Source: a virus
Lineage: Duplodnaviria; Caudoviricetes
Direction: 5' to 3' (one strand)
Length of the DNA stretch: 64,000 bases
IMG/VR virus record: IMGVR_UViG_3300047160_010816
Location: 1 to 64,000 of that record
Part shown: piece after piece, positions 46,181 through 54,237 of the stretch
How the letters are laid out: each line of letters opens with the position of its first letter
Numbering within the stretch: the stretch's first letter is position 1
Notes under the pieces: model-generated
Seen by the model: only the letters and a program-made list of their open reading frames with translations
What the model was told of the DNA's origin: nothing
The model's database searches: none
Program-made: the position numbers and the translations under genes

Positions 46181-47284
46181 ATGCCACCTGTAAAGAACCG
46201 CCCCAGTGGAAACGCCAACGGAACTAATGCCCCGGCGAACGATCAGCTGAGACCGAGAAGTCCGGTACCGGGGCCATCTCCCTCCAGGAATGGGAAGGGC
46301 CGCAGGCCAGTCCCGGCCCGGGTCGATGCAGACCTGATTAAACAACTCCAGAACTCGCAGCGGCTGCGGCAGCAGGTAATCAAGAGTCGCAACATGCAGG
46401 CCAACCGGCTGAAGGCCATCGTGGCCGGTACGATGGGCTACCGGTCGGGGCTAGAGAAGAAGGAGCGGCTGGCCCTGTTCAAGGCCGCCTCGGCCCGCAT
46501 TGAGCAGATCGTCCGTGGCGAGTTACCGGGCGATGAGATGGAGGACCTGGTCAAGACCACCCGAATCGGCATCGACGCCTTTGACCTGATGGAGGGCAAC
46601 CTCAAGGCCACGCTGGAGGACCTGGCCAAACGGCTGCCGCCCTCCATCGTCGAGTGGGTCGGCAAGCCGGAACAGATGGGCTTCTCCTGGCTCTCCCTGG
46701 CGCAAATCGTGGGCGAGGCAGGGGACCTCTGGAACTATCCCACCCACAGTCACCTGTGGCGGCGGATGGGCTGCGCCCCGTGGGAGTGGAACGGGGAGAC
46801 ACATATGGGCTCGACCTGGCGCTACCTGAAAAAGCTGCCGTCGGATCAATGGGAGCAATATGGCTACCCGCCGCGACGGAGGAGCATCGGATACGTGATT
46901 GGCGAGAATCTGATGCGGGGCAACATGCTCCGCGAGAGGAAGGGTAAAAAGGAGGCGGAGGCCGGCGTACCCCGTGCTGAGTCCGTTGTGAATGGTGCCG
47001 ACCCCGCCTCCGATTCCTCCGACCCGGTGGAGGACCCGAAGGTGAGGGTCCTGTGGAAAGGCCCATATCGTCTCCATTATGAGCAGAAACGAGCCGAGTT
47101 CCTCCAGGCCCACCCCGACGCCCGCAAGGGGCACCAGCACCTCCACGGCATGCTCCTCGCCTTCAAGCTGCTATTGAAGCAGCTCTGGTGCCAGTGGCAC
47201 GGAGTCAACAATCCGCCCCGCTTCCGACCCGAGCGGGATGCCCGGAGGCGGGCCAAGTTCCAGGGCCGGCGCAGCCAGAAATGA
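46181..47284 (+). CDS. Nop/IS110-C-terminal-domain RNA-binding protein without a nuclease domain (TasA-like)
   Basis: Coiled-coil N-half; LAQIVGEAGDLWNYPTHSHLWRRMGCAP, GPYRLHYEQKRAEF and HxHLHGMLLAFKLLLKQLW parallel Transposase_20/Nop motifs; no DEDD RuvC or HNH motif seen; next to a dual-spacer array. Confidence 0.8.
   Translation: MPPVKNRPSGNANGTNAPANDQLRPRSPVPGPSPSRNGKGRRPVPARVDADLIKQLQNSQRLRQQVIKSRNMQANRLKAIVAGTMGYRSGLEKKERLALFKAASARIEQIVRGELPGDEMEDLVKTTRIGIDAFDLMEGNLKATLEDLAKRLPPSIVEWVGKPEQMGFSWLSLAQIVGEAGDLWNYPTHSHLWRRMGCAPWEWNGETHMGSTWRYLKKLPSDQWEQYGYPPRRRSIGYVIGENLMRGNMLRERKGKKEAEAGVPRAESVVNGADPASDSSDPVEDPKVRVLWKGPYRLHYEQKRAEFLQAHPDARKGHQHLHGMLLAFKLLLKQLWCQWHGVNNPPRFRPERDARRRAKFQGRRSQK
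46229..46274 (+). ncRNA. Guide unit U9 embedded in the Tas CDS
   Basis: GCCCCGGCG-aacgatcagc-TGAGACCG-agaagtccgg-TACCGGGGC. Confidence 0.65.
46960..47003 (+). ncRNA. Guide unit U10 embedded in the Tas CDS
   Basis: GGCCGGCG-taccccgtgc-TGAGTCCG-ttgtgaatgg-TGCCGACC. Confidence 0.65.
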
Positions 47285-47347
47285 CCCCCGGATGGCCTTC
47301 GACGAGCTGGCGGAGAAGTTCGGCCTGAAGCGGCTGGAGTTCGAGGA

Positions 47348-47653
47348 GTGCAACGTGCCGGAGTACGGAGGATGAATCCCTACCTCTTCGTTATCCTACG
47401 CGACCTCTGTCCCATAGTCCTGGGTGACACCAAATATAGTCCAATGGGGTGCATCTACAATGGGGAAAGGATTCTGGAGTTCCACGGGCGGGTCCGTATC
47501 CGTGGACCCGCTGTCAGTGCCGAGCCTTACGCGGAGGAGCTGCCGGCTGCGGAGACGGAGCGGCTGAAGGCCGCCCTGCTGACCCAGAAGGGGCGCGGGT
47601 TGAAAAGGAGCTACCTTAGATTACTGGACCTACTGGAGAAAATGAAGGACTAG
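47348..47653 (+). CDS. Hypothetical protein (start 47348 or 47372)
   Basis: Coherent ORF in the operon. Confidence 0.45.
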   Translation: MQRAGVRRMNPYLFVILRDLCPIVLGDTKYSPMGCIYNGERILEFHGRVRIRGPAVSAEPYAEELPAAETERLKAALLTQKGRGLKRSYLRLLDLLEKMKD

Positions 47654-47668
47654 AAAGGAGCAAGAATT

Positions 47669-47812
47669 ATGAGCCATGCGAGTTTAATCGTCGCCCTGTC
47701 ACCGGAGGACCTGGAAAAGGTCGGGGGTAACGTAGAGATGGCTGTCGGTTACCAGACGGGCCACGCCGAGGCGCTGGCCCTGGTCAAGAAGTACGTCGCA
47801 TCCAAGAACTGA
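47669..47812 (+). CDS. 47-aa hypothetical protein
   Basis: AAAGGAGCAAG RBS. Confidence 0.5.
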   Translation: MSHASLIVALSPEDLEKVGGNVEMAVGYQTGHAEALALVKKYVASKN

Positions 47813-47827
47813 TGAAAGGAGCAACAT

Positions 47828-48049
47828 ATGAACCTTGACAAGGAAAACGCCCTGAAGGCCCTTGACGTGTACAACCGGCTGATCGGCCGGACCAAGGGCG
47901 AGGAGCTGACCAAGGCCGAGATCGACTTCGTCATTGAATTCCTCGGCCTAGCGGCCAAGCAGCTGCCGGCCGTCGGTATGAGCGGGGAGCTGACTACGAA
48001 GGTGACACGTGGGAAGAGTAAGGAGGTGAAGAGTGCTGAAACGACTTGA
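47828..48049 (+). CDS. Hypothetical protein
   Basis: AAAGGAGCAA RBS. Confidence 0.55.
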   Translation: MNLDKENALKALDVYNRLIGRTKGEELTKAEIDFVIEFLGLAAKQLPAVGMSGELTTKVTRGKSKEVKSAETT

Positions 48050-48251
48050 GGCGGCGGAGCCGGCCAGCTGCTGGAACAAGGCGAAGGACGAAGAGTTGGT
48101 CTTCGTCCTCCTCGGCCGGGACAGGGCGTCCCCTGTCGCCATCCGGGCCTGGTGCGAGGAGCGGATACGTTTGGGCAAGAACCAGCCCAATGACCCACAG
48201 ATTGTAGAGGCCCTTGACCTGATCCGGGCAATGGAGGGACTGGCAACATGA
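48033..48251 (+). CDS. Conserved small phage protein
   Basis: KAKDEELVFVLLGRD motif. Confidence 0.55.
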   Translation: MLKRLEAAEPASCWNKAKDEELVFVLLGRDRASPVAIRAWCEERIRLGKNQPNDPQIVEALDLIRAMEGLAT

Positions 48252-49405
48252 ACCTGGCCGACCGTCTGAAGAACGAGAAGATTGTCCTCAAGCCGCCGCG
48301 GCAGGGTCCCCTGTGGGCCGGGCCGGAGGACAGCGGCCCCCTCGGCGGGGTGACCCAATCCATGTTAGGCCACTTTCTGGTGGACCGGGAGCGGTTCCGC
48401 CTCCGCTACATCGAGGGGCTGAAGCCGGCCGAGAAGTTCAGCCACCGGATGCACTACGGCGAGATGTGGCACAAGTGTGAGGAGGCATTGGCTGGCACAG
48501 CAGCCTTCGACCCGGGTATGGTCGAGCCCTTCCGTACCGAGTGGGAGGGGCCGCTAAAGGAATACGCCGCCGGCTTGTGCAAGCAGTTCCCCACCAGCCA
48601 GCAGCAGGTGGACCACTGGTACAATGTCTGCAAGACCCAGTTCCCCATCTACGTCGGCCACTGGCGGAGGCACCCCGACGTCAAGGCCCGCAAGCCGCTC
48701 CTCCAGGAGCAGGTATTTAGCGTGCCGATCAAGCTACCCTCCGGTCGCACCGTTTATGTCAAGGGCAAGTGGGACAGCGTGGACCTCGTCAGCAAGGAAA
48801 TATGGCTGGCCGAGAACAAGACCAAGGGGGACATCAACGAGGCCCAGCTCCAGCGGCAACTAAAGTTCGACCTCCAGACCATGCTGTATCTGGTGACCCT
48901 CCAGGAGTATCAGAAGGTAGGCGGGAACGGGGAGGACTCTTTGAAGTGGTCGGAGGGTAATACCAAGGTCGCCGGCGTCCGCTACAACGTCGTGCGCCGG
49001 CCTCTCTCCGGCGGCAAGGGCAGCATCGTCCGCCACAAAGCCACCAAGACCAAGCCGGAGGAGAGCAAGGAGGCTTTCTACCAACGGGTGGCGGATATCA
49101 TCAGGGCCGAGCCGGAGACCTACTTCATGCGCTGGAACGTGGAGGTGTCCACGGTCGACCTCGACAAGTTCCGCCGCCAGTGCCTCGACCCGGTCCTGGA
49201 GCAACTATGTCTATGGTATGCTGTCATTGCGAGGAAGGAGAAGCCCTGGGCTCTGCCGGAGTGGGCCGTTAGCTGGAGAACACCTTATGGGTTGTGGATG
49301 CCCCAGCTGGAGGGGACCGTGGACGACCTCGACTATTTTCTCGATGAAGGAAGCATGGGTGGCCTACGTAGGGTGGACACGCTGTTCGGGGAACTGGAGG
49401 GGTAA
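48248..49405 (+). CDS. PD-(D/E)XK exonuclease (RecB/Cas4-like)
   Basis: G..WH...E, GKWD..D, ENKT and QTMLY motifs. Confidence 0.8.
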   Translation: MNLADRLKNEKIVLKPPRQGPLWAGPEDSGPLGGVTQSMLGHFLVDRERFRLRYIEGLKPAEKFSHRMHYGEMWHKCEEALAGTAAFDPGMVEPFRTEWEGPLKEYAAGLCKQFPTSQQQVDHWYNVCKTQFPIYVGHWRRHPDVKARKPLLQEQVFSVPIKLPSGRTVYVKGKWDSVDLVSKEIWLAENKTKGDINEAQLQRQLKFDLQTMLYLVTLQEYQKVGGNGEDSLKWSEGNTKVAGVRYNVVRRPLSGGKGSIVRHKATKTKPEESKEAFYQRVADIIRAEPETYFMRWNVEVSTVDLDKFRRQCLDPVLEQLCLWYAVIARKEKPWALPEWAVSWRTPYGLWMPQLEGTVDDLDYFLDEGSMGGLRRVDTLFGELEG

Positions 49406-49407
49406 TA

Positions 49408-51081
49408 ATGAGTAGAACATGTACTGCGCCGGGTTGCTTAGAGGAGGTTCATGCTAGGGGGTTATGTCTTAGCCACGGGTATTGGGCTAGACCTCTAACA
49501 CCTGCAACTTGTGAGTATTGCCATCGCCGGTACGAGCATCGGCAAGGGCCGAACAGTAAGCAGAGGTTCTGTTCTAAACGATGCTCTGTAAGGTCTAGGG
49601 CAAAGATTGTTCCAGAGATCATCAAGCTGTGTTTGAGGTGTGGAAATCCTATCTTCGTTGAAGGAGGTCCGACCTCGAATCGCACTTACAGGAGGCGCTT
49701 CCAAAAATACTGCTCTCACCAGTGTCAATGGCTGGATAAGAGAAATCCTCCAGGAGAGACTACCAAGATATGTAAATACTGCGGAGATCCATTTGTTATT
49801 TCTACCAACAAGTCAAGAAACAGCTACAATCAGAGAGTAGATCGCCAAGAGTATTGCTCGAAGCTGTGTGGGGTAAAGGGGGGTCGTAGAGAAGCTGCTC
49901 AACCTATCGGTACAGAAAAGGTGAGGAGACCCCCTCCTAGCACCATCCAGACACGGGGGGAAGAGCATCGCCGGCCGCTGGAGCAAATCTACATCAAGGT
50001 GGCAGAGGGGCCGAGGTGGAAAAGAAAGTCGGTGGTCTTATTGGAAGAGCTTCTGGAAAGAAGATTAACAAGCAGCGAACTACAAAGAATCGACTTTATA
50101 GATGGCAACCCTCTCAACTGTACCTTAGGGAACTTGCTTTTGGAGGACCTACCGTTTCTGCCAAGAGTGTGTCCAGTCTGTGGGGAGAGTAGGTTATGTC
50201 ACCGAACGGATAAAGCTAGGGTGTGTAGAAAATGCTACGGGGCATATTATCTGAAGGGGAGAAGGCATAACGCCCACTGCAAACTGACTACGGAGCAAGT
50301 AGCTTGTATAAGAGCACTTCTTTGGGACTACCCAATAGCTACAGGTATTTGGAGGTCCAACCCGTTCTACGGGAGTTTAACAAAGGTGTCTCGGTGGTTC
50401 CTCGTCACTGAAAGCACCATAGAAATGATTCTACGAGGGAAGACTTGGAAGGAGATCCTACCAGTGGCGCAAACGCAAGTGTGGAAAGAGCTGCTCAAGC
50501 AACACGACAAACTGGTCCGGCAATCGGGAGGTACTCTGTATGAACGGGTATCTCTCCTTGTGAGAGTCTACGAAGACCCTCACTTCGCCGCGGACATGCA
50601 GAAAGCCAGCAAGTCCCCTGTGGAAGAATTATCGGCTAGGGTCCGTGATACCTGCTGTGCGAACTTTCTGGAGCTGTTCCAGATGTTCAAGCTCTTTCCT
50701 TCTAGGAAGGAATGGGAGGGAGGAAACCTGGCTGATATGCGGCTCAAGATGCTTGAGACCCTTCGTTCCCAAAAGGACAAAGCCCAGACCAACGGTAAGA
50801 CCAAGAAGCCGGTCAAGAAGGAGCCACGGGAGACGGCTACCTTGGCGGAACTCAAGTCGATGAAGCAAACCATCGAGGTCGAAAAGGGTAAGGTCAAGGA
50901 AGCCAAGACCGAAGTGGAGCACCTTCAGGACTTGTTGAAGGAGAAGGATGCCCGAATCAAGGACCTGGAACTCAACCTAGCCCGAGCCCACGAGATGATG
51001 GAAGCTCTTCGGGGAACAATCGAAATGCTCCAAAAGGAGCGGATGCTCACGCCCGAGGAAGCCGCCGAGATGGAAGAGTAA
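49408..51081 (+). CDS. Zinc-finger/HNH-like endonuclease region fused to a C-terminal coiled-coil phage protein
   Basis: Repeated C..C and YCS..C fingers; degenerate IDFIDGNPLNCTLGNL; AT-rich 5' two-thirds. Confidence 0.6.
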   Translation: MSRTCTAPGCLEEVHARGLCLSHGYWARPLTPATCEYCHRRYEHRQGPNSKQRFCSKRCSVRSRAKIVPEIIKLCLRCGNPIFVEGGPTSNRTYRRRFQKYCSHQCQWLDKRNPPGETTKICKYCGDPFVISTNKSRNSYNQRVDRQEYCSKLCGVKGGRREAAQPIGTEKVRRPPPSTIQTRGEEHRRPLEQIYIKVAEGPRWKRKSVVLLEELLERRLTSSELQRIDFIDGNPLNCTLGNLLLEDLPFLPRVCPVCGESRLCHRTDKARVCRKCYGAYYLKGRRHNAHCKLTTEQVACIRALLWDYPIATGIWRSNPFYGSLTKVSRWFLVTESTIEMILRGKTWKEILPVAQTQVWKELLKQHDKLVRQSGGTLYERVSLLVRVYEDPHFAADMQKASKSPVEELSARVRDTCCANFLELFQMFKLFPSRKEWEGGNLADMRLKMLETLRSQKDKAQTNGKTKKPVKKEPRETATLAELKSMKQTIEVEKGKVKEAKTEVEHLQDLLKEKDARIKDLELNLARAHEMMEALRGTIEMLQKERMLTPEEAAEMEE

Positions 51082-51134
51082 GTACCAACCCCAGGGGCCG
51101 CGCCCACGGCCCCCCTCCCTCTTCCGAAGGAGGT

Positions 51135-51563
51135 ATGATGGGTAAGGGGAAGAACAAGAAGATTATCGGTACCAGGGAGGGCGAGTGGATCGTCATCGGG
51201 AACGTCAAGGTCCGTGTACTGGAGGTGTGGGGCGAGTTCGTCCGCCTGGGCTTCGCGGCCCCGAAGGACGTGCTAATCTTGCGTAAGGAATTAACCATAG
51301 GTTGGAGGAAGCGTAGATATGCCGACAATCAAGAAGCAAAGTCCAACAAACAACCAGACGGCGGCCCGGCCGGTCCAGGCGCGGACGGCCCAGCCGGCGG
51401 CAGTGGGGGAGCAGGTCAAGGGGGTGAAGCTATCGGTCTATGGCCGGTCGAAGACGGGCAAGACGAGGTTGGCGTGCAGCTTCCCGAAGCCGCTCCTCCT
51501 GATCGGGACGGAGGACGGGACCAAGAGCGTCTGCACGGGGAGGTCGGGGGAGACAAAACTTGA
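51135..51563 (+). CDS. csrA: CsrA/RsmA-like translational regulator with a C-terminal extension overlapping the next gene
   Basis: TREGEWIVIGNVKVRVLEVWGEFVRLGFAAPKDVLILRKEL aligns by eye with the CsrA consensus. Confidence 0.75.
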   Translation: MMGKGKNKKIIGTREGEWIVIGNVKVRVLEVWGEFVRLGFAAPKDVLILRKELTIGWRKRRYADNQEAKSNKQPDGGPAGPGADGPAGGSGGAGQGGEAIGLWPVEDGQDEVGVQLPEAAPPDRDGGRDQERLHGEVGGDKT

Positions 51564-52221
51564 CTGCGGCGTGTCCGTGTTCTCCCTGACCCTGCGGGGA
51601 CAGGAGCTGGGAGTGTCCTTCGCCCGCCTGACCACGTCGGCCCAGCTCGACTATCTCATCGTCTGGGCGGCCAACGAAGGTTACGCCACGGTCGCCCTCG
51701 ACCACGCCGGCGGCCTCCAGAGCATCCTGATCAAGGAAGTCGGTGGCTATGCCGATGTGCCCATCGTCCGCAACTGGGGCATGTTAAGACAGGAGCAGTG
51801 GGGAGTGGTCAACCAGCAGACCAACGAGCGACTGGCCAAGCTGTTCGCCCTGGCCGACCTCTATCAGACCAACGTCGTGGTCATCGCCCACGAGCGCGAC
51901 TTCACCAACACGAACGTCAGCGCCGAGATCCTCCAGCCGCACGTCGGGTCGGCCCTGACGCCGGGGAGCAAGGAGTTCCTCGACGGGGCCGCCGACAACA
52001 TCGGCCAGACCTTCATCCGCAAGAAGGAGATGTGGCAGGAAGTGTCGGTGGCCGGTGGCCCGCCCGAGAAGATCAAGGTGCCCACGGGGGAGACCGAGTA
52101 CTGCCTCCGCGTCGGCCGCAACCCGGTCTACCAGACCGGCTTCCGGGTGCCTCCCGACGTGGACCTCCCCGACGCCATCGTGGACCCGAACTGGTCCAAG
52201 ATCGCCGCTATTCTGGGGTAG
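51319..52221 (+). CDS. AAA_24/Sak4-like ATPase (ssDNA-annealing recombinase family)
   Basis: YGRSKTGKT Walker A; VALD; VIAHE. Confidence 0.75.
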   Translation: MPTIKKQSPTNNQTAARPVQARTAQPAAVGEQVKGVKLSVYGRSKTGKTRLACSFPKPLLLIGTEDGTKSVCTGRSGETKLDCGVSVFSLTLRGQELGVSFARLTTSAQLDYLIVWAANEGYATVALDHAGGLQSILIKEVGGYADVPIVRNWGMLRQEQWGVVNQQTNERLAKLFALADLYQTNVVVIAHERDFTNTNVSAEILQPHVGSALTPGSKEFLDGAADNIGQTFIRKKEMWQEVSVAGGPPEKIKVPTGETEYCLRVGRNPVYQTGFRVPPDVDLPDAIVDPNWSKIAAILG

Positions 52222-52244
52222 GTGCCGAGCCCTTTTAACGCGAG

Positions 52245-52270
52245 TTGACGACGCCCGAAAATGTTATAAT
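52245..52270 (+). promoter_or_regulatory. Extended -10 promoter
   Basis: TTGACG-14-TATAAT with TGT upstream of the -10 box. Confidence 0.55.
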
Positions 52271-52312
52271 CGTAGGCTGTCCAATAGTTTCCACTAACAC
52301 GAACGGAAAGGA

Positions 52313-53539
52313 ATGATCATGCCTGGACAGGTCCAACAGTCCATCAGTTTCGCCAGCCGCGCGGCCGAGATCGCCAACCTCGGCAAGACCATTCTGGCGC
52401 GCGACCCGGAGATCGGCCGGCCGCAGGTCCCGCCGGGGATTAACAACGGCATCGTCCGCCTGACCGACTGCCGCTACGCCCTCATCGACAAGGAGGGGGA
52501 GACCAAAGGCAAGCCGCAGTGGATCGCCACTGCGGTCATCCTCCTGCCCAGAACGCACGGCAATACCAAGACGGAAGGGATGACCTTCAGCCGGTCCGTG
52601 CCCCTCTACGACACGCCCCGGAGCGGGGGCAAAAGGAAGTCGTTCGGGGACCACTTCACCTTCGTCGTGGACAACCTCCGCGCCCTGGGCGTGCTCGACA
52701 AGATGATGGTCAATGAGCAGGGCCTCCTCGACGATGCCAAAATCCAGGCGGCGATGGCCATGCTCAAGAAGGCGGCCCCCTGCTTCCACTTCCGCAGCTG
52801 GCGGGGCAAGCAGCAGGACATCGAGCAGTCGGCCAACGGCAGCTGGATTCTCACCGGCGACAAAAACGACCGCTCCTGGCCCACGCGGGAAGCGGCGGAG
52901 ACGGCCAACCCCTACGCGGGCAAGGAGCGGCTCGTCAACATCGAGTGGCTGGGTCGCTGCGACGCCCCGCCCGAGGTCGAGGCCGCTGCCCACGTCGTCG
53001 ATCAGACGGGCAAGCCGAGCGGCAACGGGCTGGCCGGCGCGGGTCAGCAGACGTTCAACGAGTTCCAGGGTGGGGGTGGAGGAGCAAGCACCGTCAACAT
53101 GGATGACTACGAGGCCCTGATTGAGCTGGCCGTGCAGGAGACGGCCGCCGGGGAGGCCGCTGCCGAACGGCTGACCTCGGCCGGTCTCGCAGCGGGCATG
53201 AGCCAGAAGGAGATCCAGGAGGCCGACAGCTGGGACGCGGTCGTGCAGAGGATTCGGGCCGGCGCACCCTCTGCTCCTACAGCCTCGGCCACCCAGACTG
53301 CTGCTGCGGAGGACCAGGGGGAGCCGCCGCCCGTGCTGCGCAAGGTCTACCGCTACCGCCCGATTGACCCCAACACGGGCAAGCCGGCGGTCAACCCCAA
53401 GTCGAAGAAGCCCCTCAAGGTCGAGGCCAAGGTCACGAAGGTCAACACGGCCGACAGGACCGTCAACCTCCTCAACCAGGACGACCAGAAGACCACGTAC
53501 AAGGACGTGTCCTGGGACGCCCTGGAGGAAATGGGGTAG
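52313..53539 (+). CDS. Putative ssDNA-binding/replication protein
   Basis: Follows a Sak4-like gene; beta-rich N-terminal domain, acidic linker. Confidence 0.4.
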   Translation: MIMPGQVQQSISFASRAAEIANLGKTILARDPEIGRPQVPPGINNGIVRLTDCRYALIDKEGETKGKPQWIATAVILLPRTHGNTKTEGMTFSRSVPLYDTPRSGGKRKSFGDHFTFVVDNLRALGVLDKMMVNEQGLLDDAKIQAAMAMLKKAAPCFHFRSWRGKQQDIEQSANGSWILTGDKNDRSWPTREAAETANPYAGKERLVNIEWLGRCDAPPEVEAAAHVVDQTGKPSGNGLAGAGQQTFNEFQGGGGGASTVNMDDYEALIELAVQETAAGEAAAERLTSAGLAAGMSQKEIQEADSWDAVVQRIRAGAPSAPTASATQTAAAEDQGEPPPVLRKVYRYRPIDPNTGKPAVNPKSKKPLKVEAKVTKVNTADRTVNLLNQDDQKTTYKDVSWDALEEMG

Positions 53540-53588
53540 AGTACCTCCAGTACCCTGGGGCCGCTTTACGCGGTTTCTCGGCCCCTCC

Positions 53589-53609
53589 GCCGGGTGGGTA
53601 AAGCCCGGC
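53589..53609 (+). other. Conserved hairpin with loop TGGGTAAAG, copy 1
   Basis: GCCGGG-tgggtaaag-CCCGGC, 9 nt upstream of U11. Confidence 0.6.
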
Positions 53610-53618
53610 ATCGTACAC

Positions 53619-53662
53619 GGCCGGCGTCTCATCGCCTGAGACCGTTGCCCTTTCTGCCGGCC
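53619..53662 (+). ncRNA. Guide unit U11
   Basis: GGCCGGCG-tctcatcgcc-TGAGACCG-ttgccctttc-TGCCGGCC. Confidence 0.8.
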
Positions 53663-53686
53663 CCACTTACACGAAAGGATCCTACT

Positions 53687-53953
53687 GTGGCCCGACAACT
53701 GAAGCAACGACTACGAAGATTGGAGCGCGCCCTCGACCGCGTGGCCGTCCGCGACTCCAGCCGCGCCGAGGAGGCCGTCGATGAACTGGTCAAAGTCTGC
53801 CTCGATTGCCCGGCCCGGCAGAGCAGCGATGAGGATACGGAGGACTCCCTCTATGATTACATCTCGTGGGGGGAGAATGTGGTGAAGGCGGCCGAGGAGG
53901 TCCGCCGGCTCCTGGCCCTGGAGGCCGCCGGTGCTCCCGTGGTCCGGCGCTGA
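53687..53953 (+). CDS. Hypothetical protein bracketed by U11 and U12
   Basis: AAAGGA RBS, GTG start. Confidence 0.55.
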   Translation: MARQLKQRLRRLERALDRVAVRDSSRAEEAVDELVKVCLDCPARQSSDEDTEDSLYDYISWGENVVKAAEEVRRLLALEAAGAPVVRR

Positions 53954-53960
53954 TGCTATT

Positions 53961-54004
53961 GGCCGGCGTACACCCACCTGAGACCGCTTCGCATGGTGCC
54001 GGCC
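53961..54004 (+). ncRNA. Guide unit U12
   Basis: GGCCGGCG-tacacccacc-TGAGACCG-cttcgcatgg-TGCCGGCC. Confidence 0.8.
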
Positions 54005-54067
54005 CTATTATCCCTGGACGCTCCAAAATCATTTCCCCTCTGGGCGAATGCTGGAGATGTGTCCTCC

Positions 54068-54090
54068 GCGGCAGTGGGTAAAGCTGCCGC
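54068..54090 (+). other. Conserved hairpin with loop TGGGTAAAG, copy 2
   Basis: GCGGCAG-tgggtaaag-CTGCCGC, 10 nt upstream of U13. Confidence 0.6.
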
Positions 54091-54100
54091 ACAACCTACT

Positions 54101-54213
54101 GGCCGGCGTGGTATCCCGTGAGACCGTAGCTCCTGGTGCCGGCCCTTTGACAACTTAACTGCTCCTCTGGGCCGGCGTGATTGACACTGGGACCGTTGCA
54201 TTCCGTGCCGGCC
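54101..54213 (+). ncRNA. Guide units U13 (54101-54144) and U14 (54170-54213)
   Basis: GGCCGGCG-tggtatcccg-TGAGACCG-tagctcctgg-TGCCGGCC and GGCCGGCG-tgattgacac-TGGGACCG-ttgcattccg-TGCCGGCC. Confidence 0.8.
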
Positions 54214-54237
54214 CCCTCTTCCCCCAGGAATAGACGT

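Noticed and set aside
46181-47284. IS110 insertion sequence/transposase
   Set aside because: Only the C-terminal Nop-like part is present, with no DEDD RuvC domain and no IS ends; adjacent guide arrays favour a Tas protein
47264-47300. Possible degenerate unit at the end of the tas gene (GGCCGGCG-N10-TGACCCCC)
   Set aside because: Loop diverged and no 3' edge or stem; not counted
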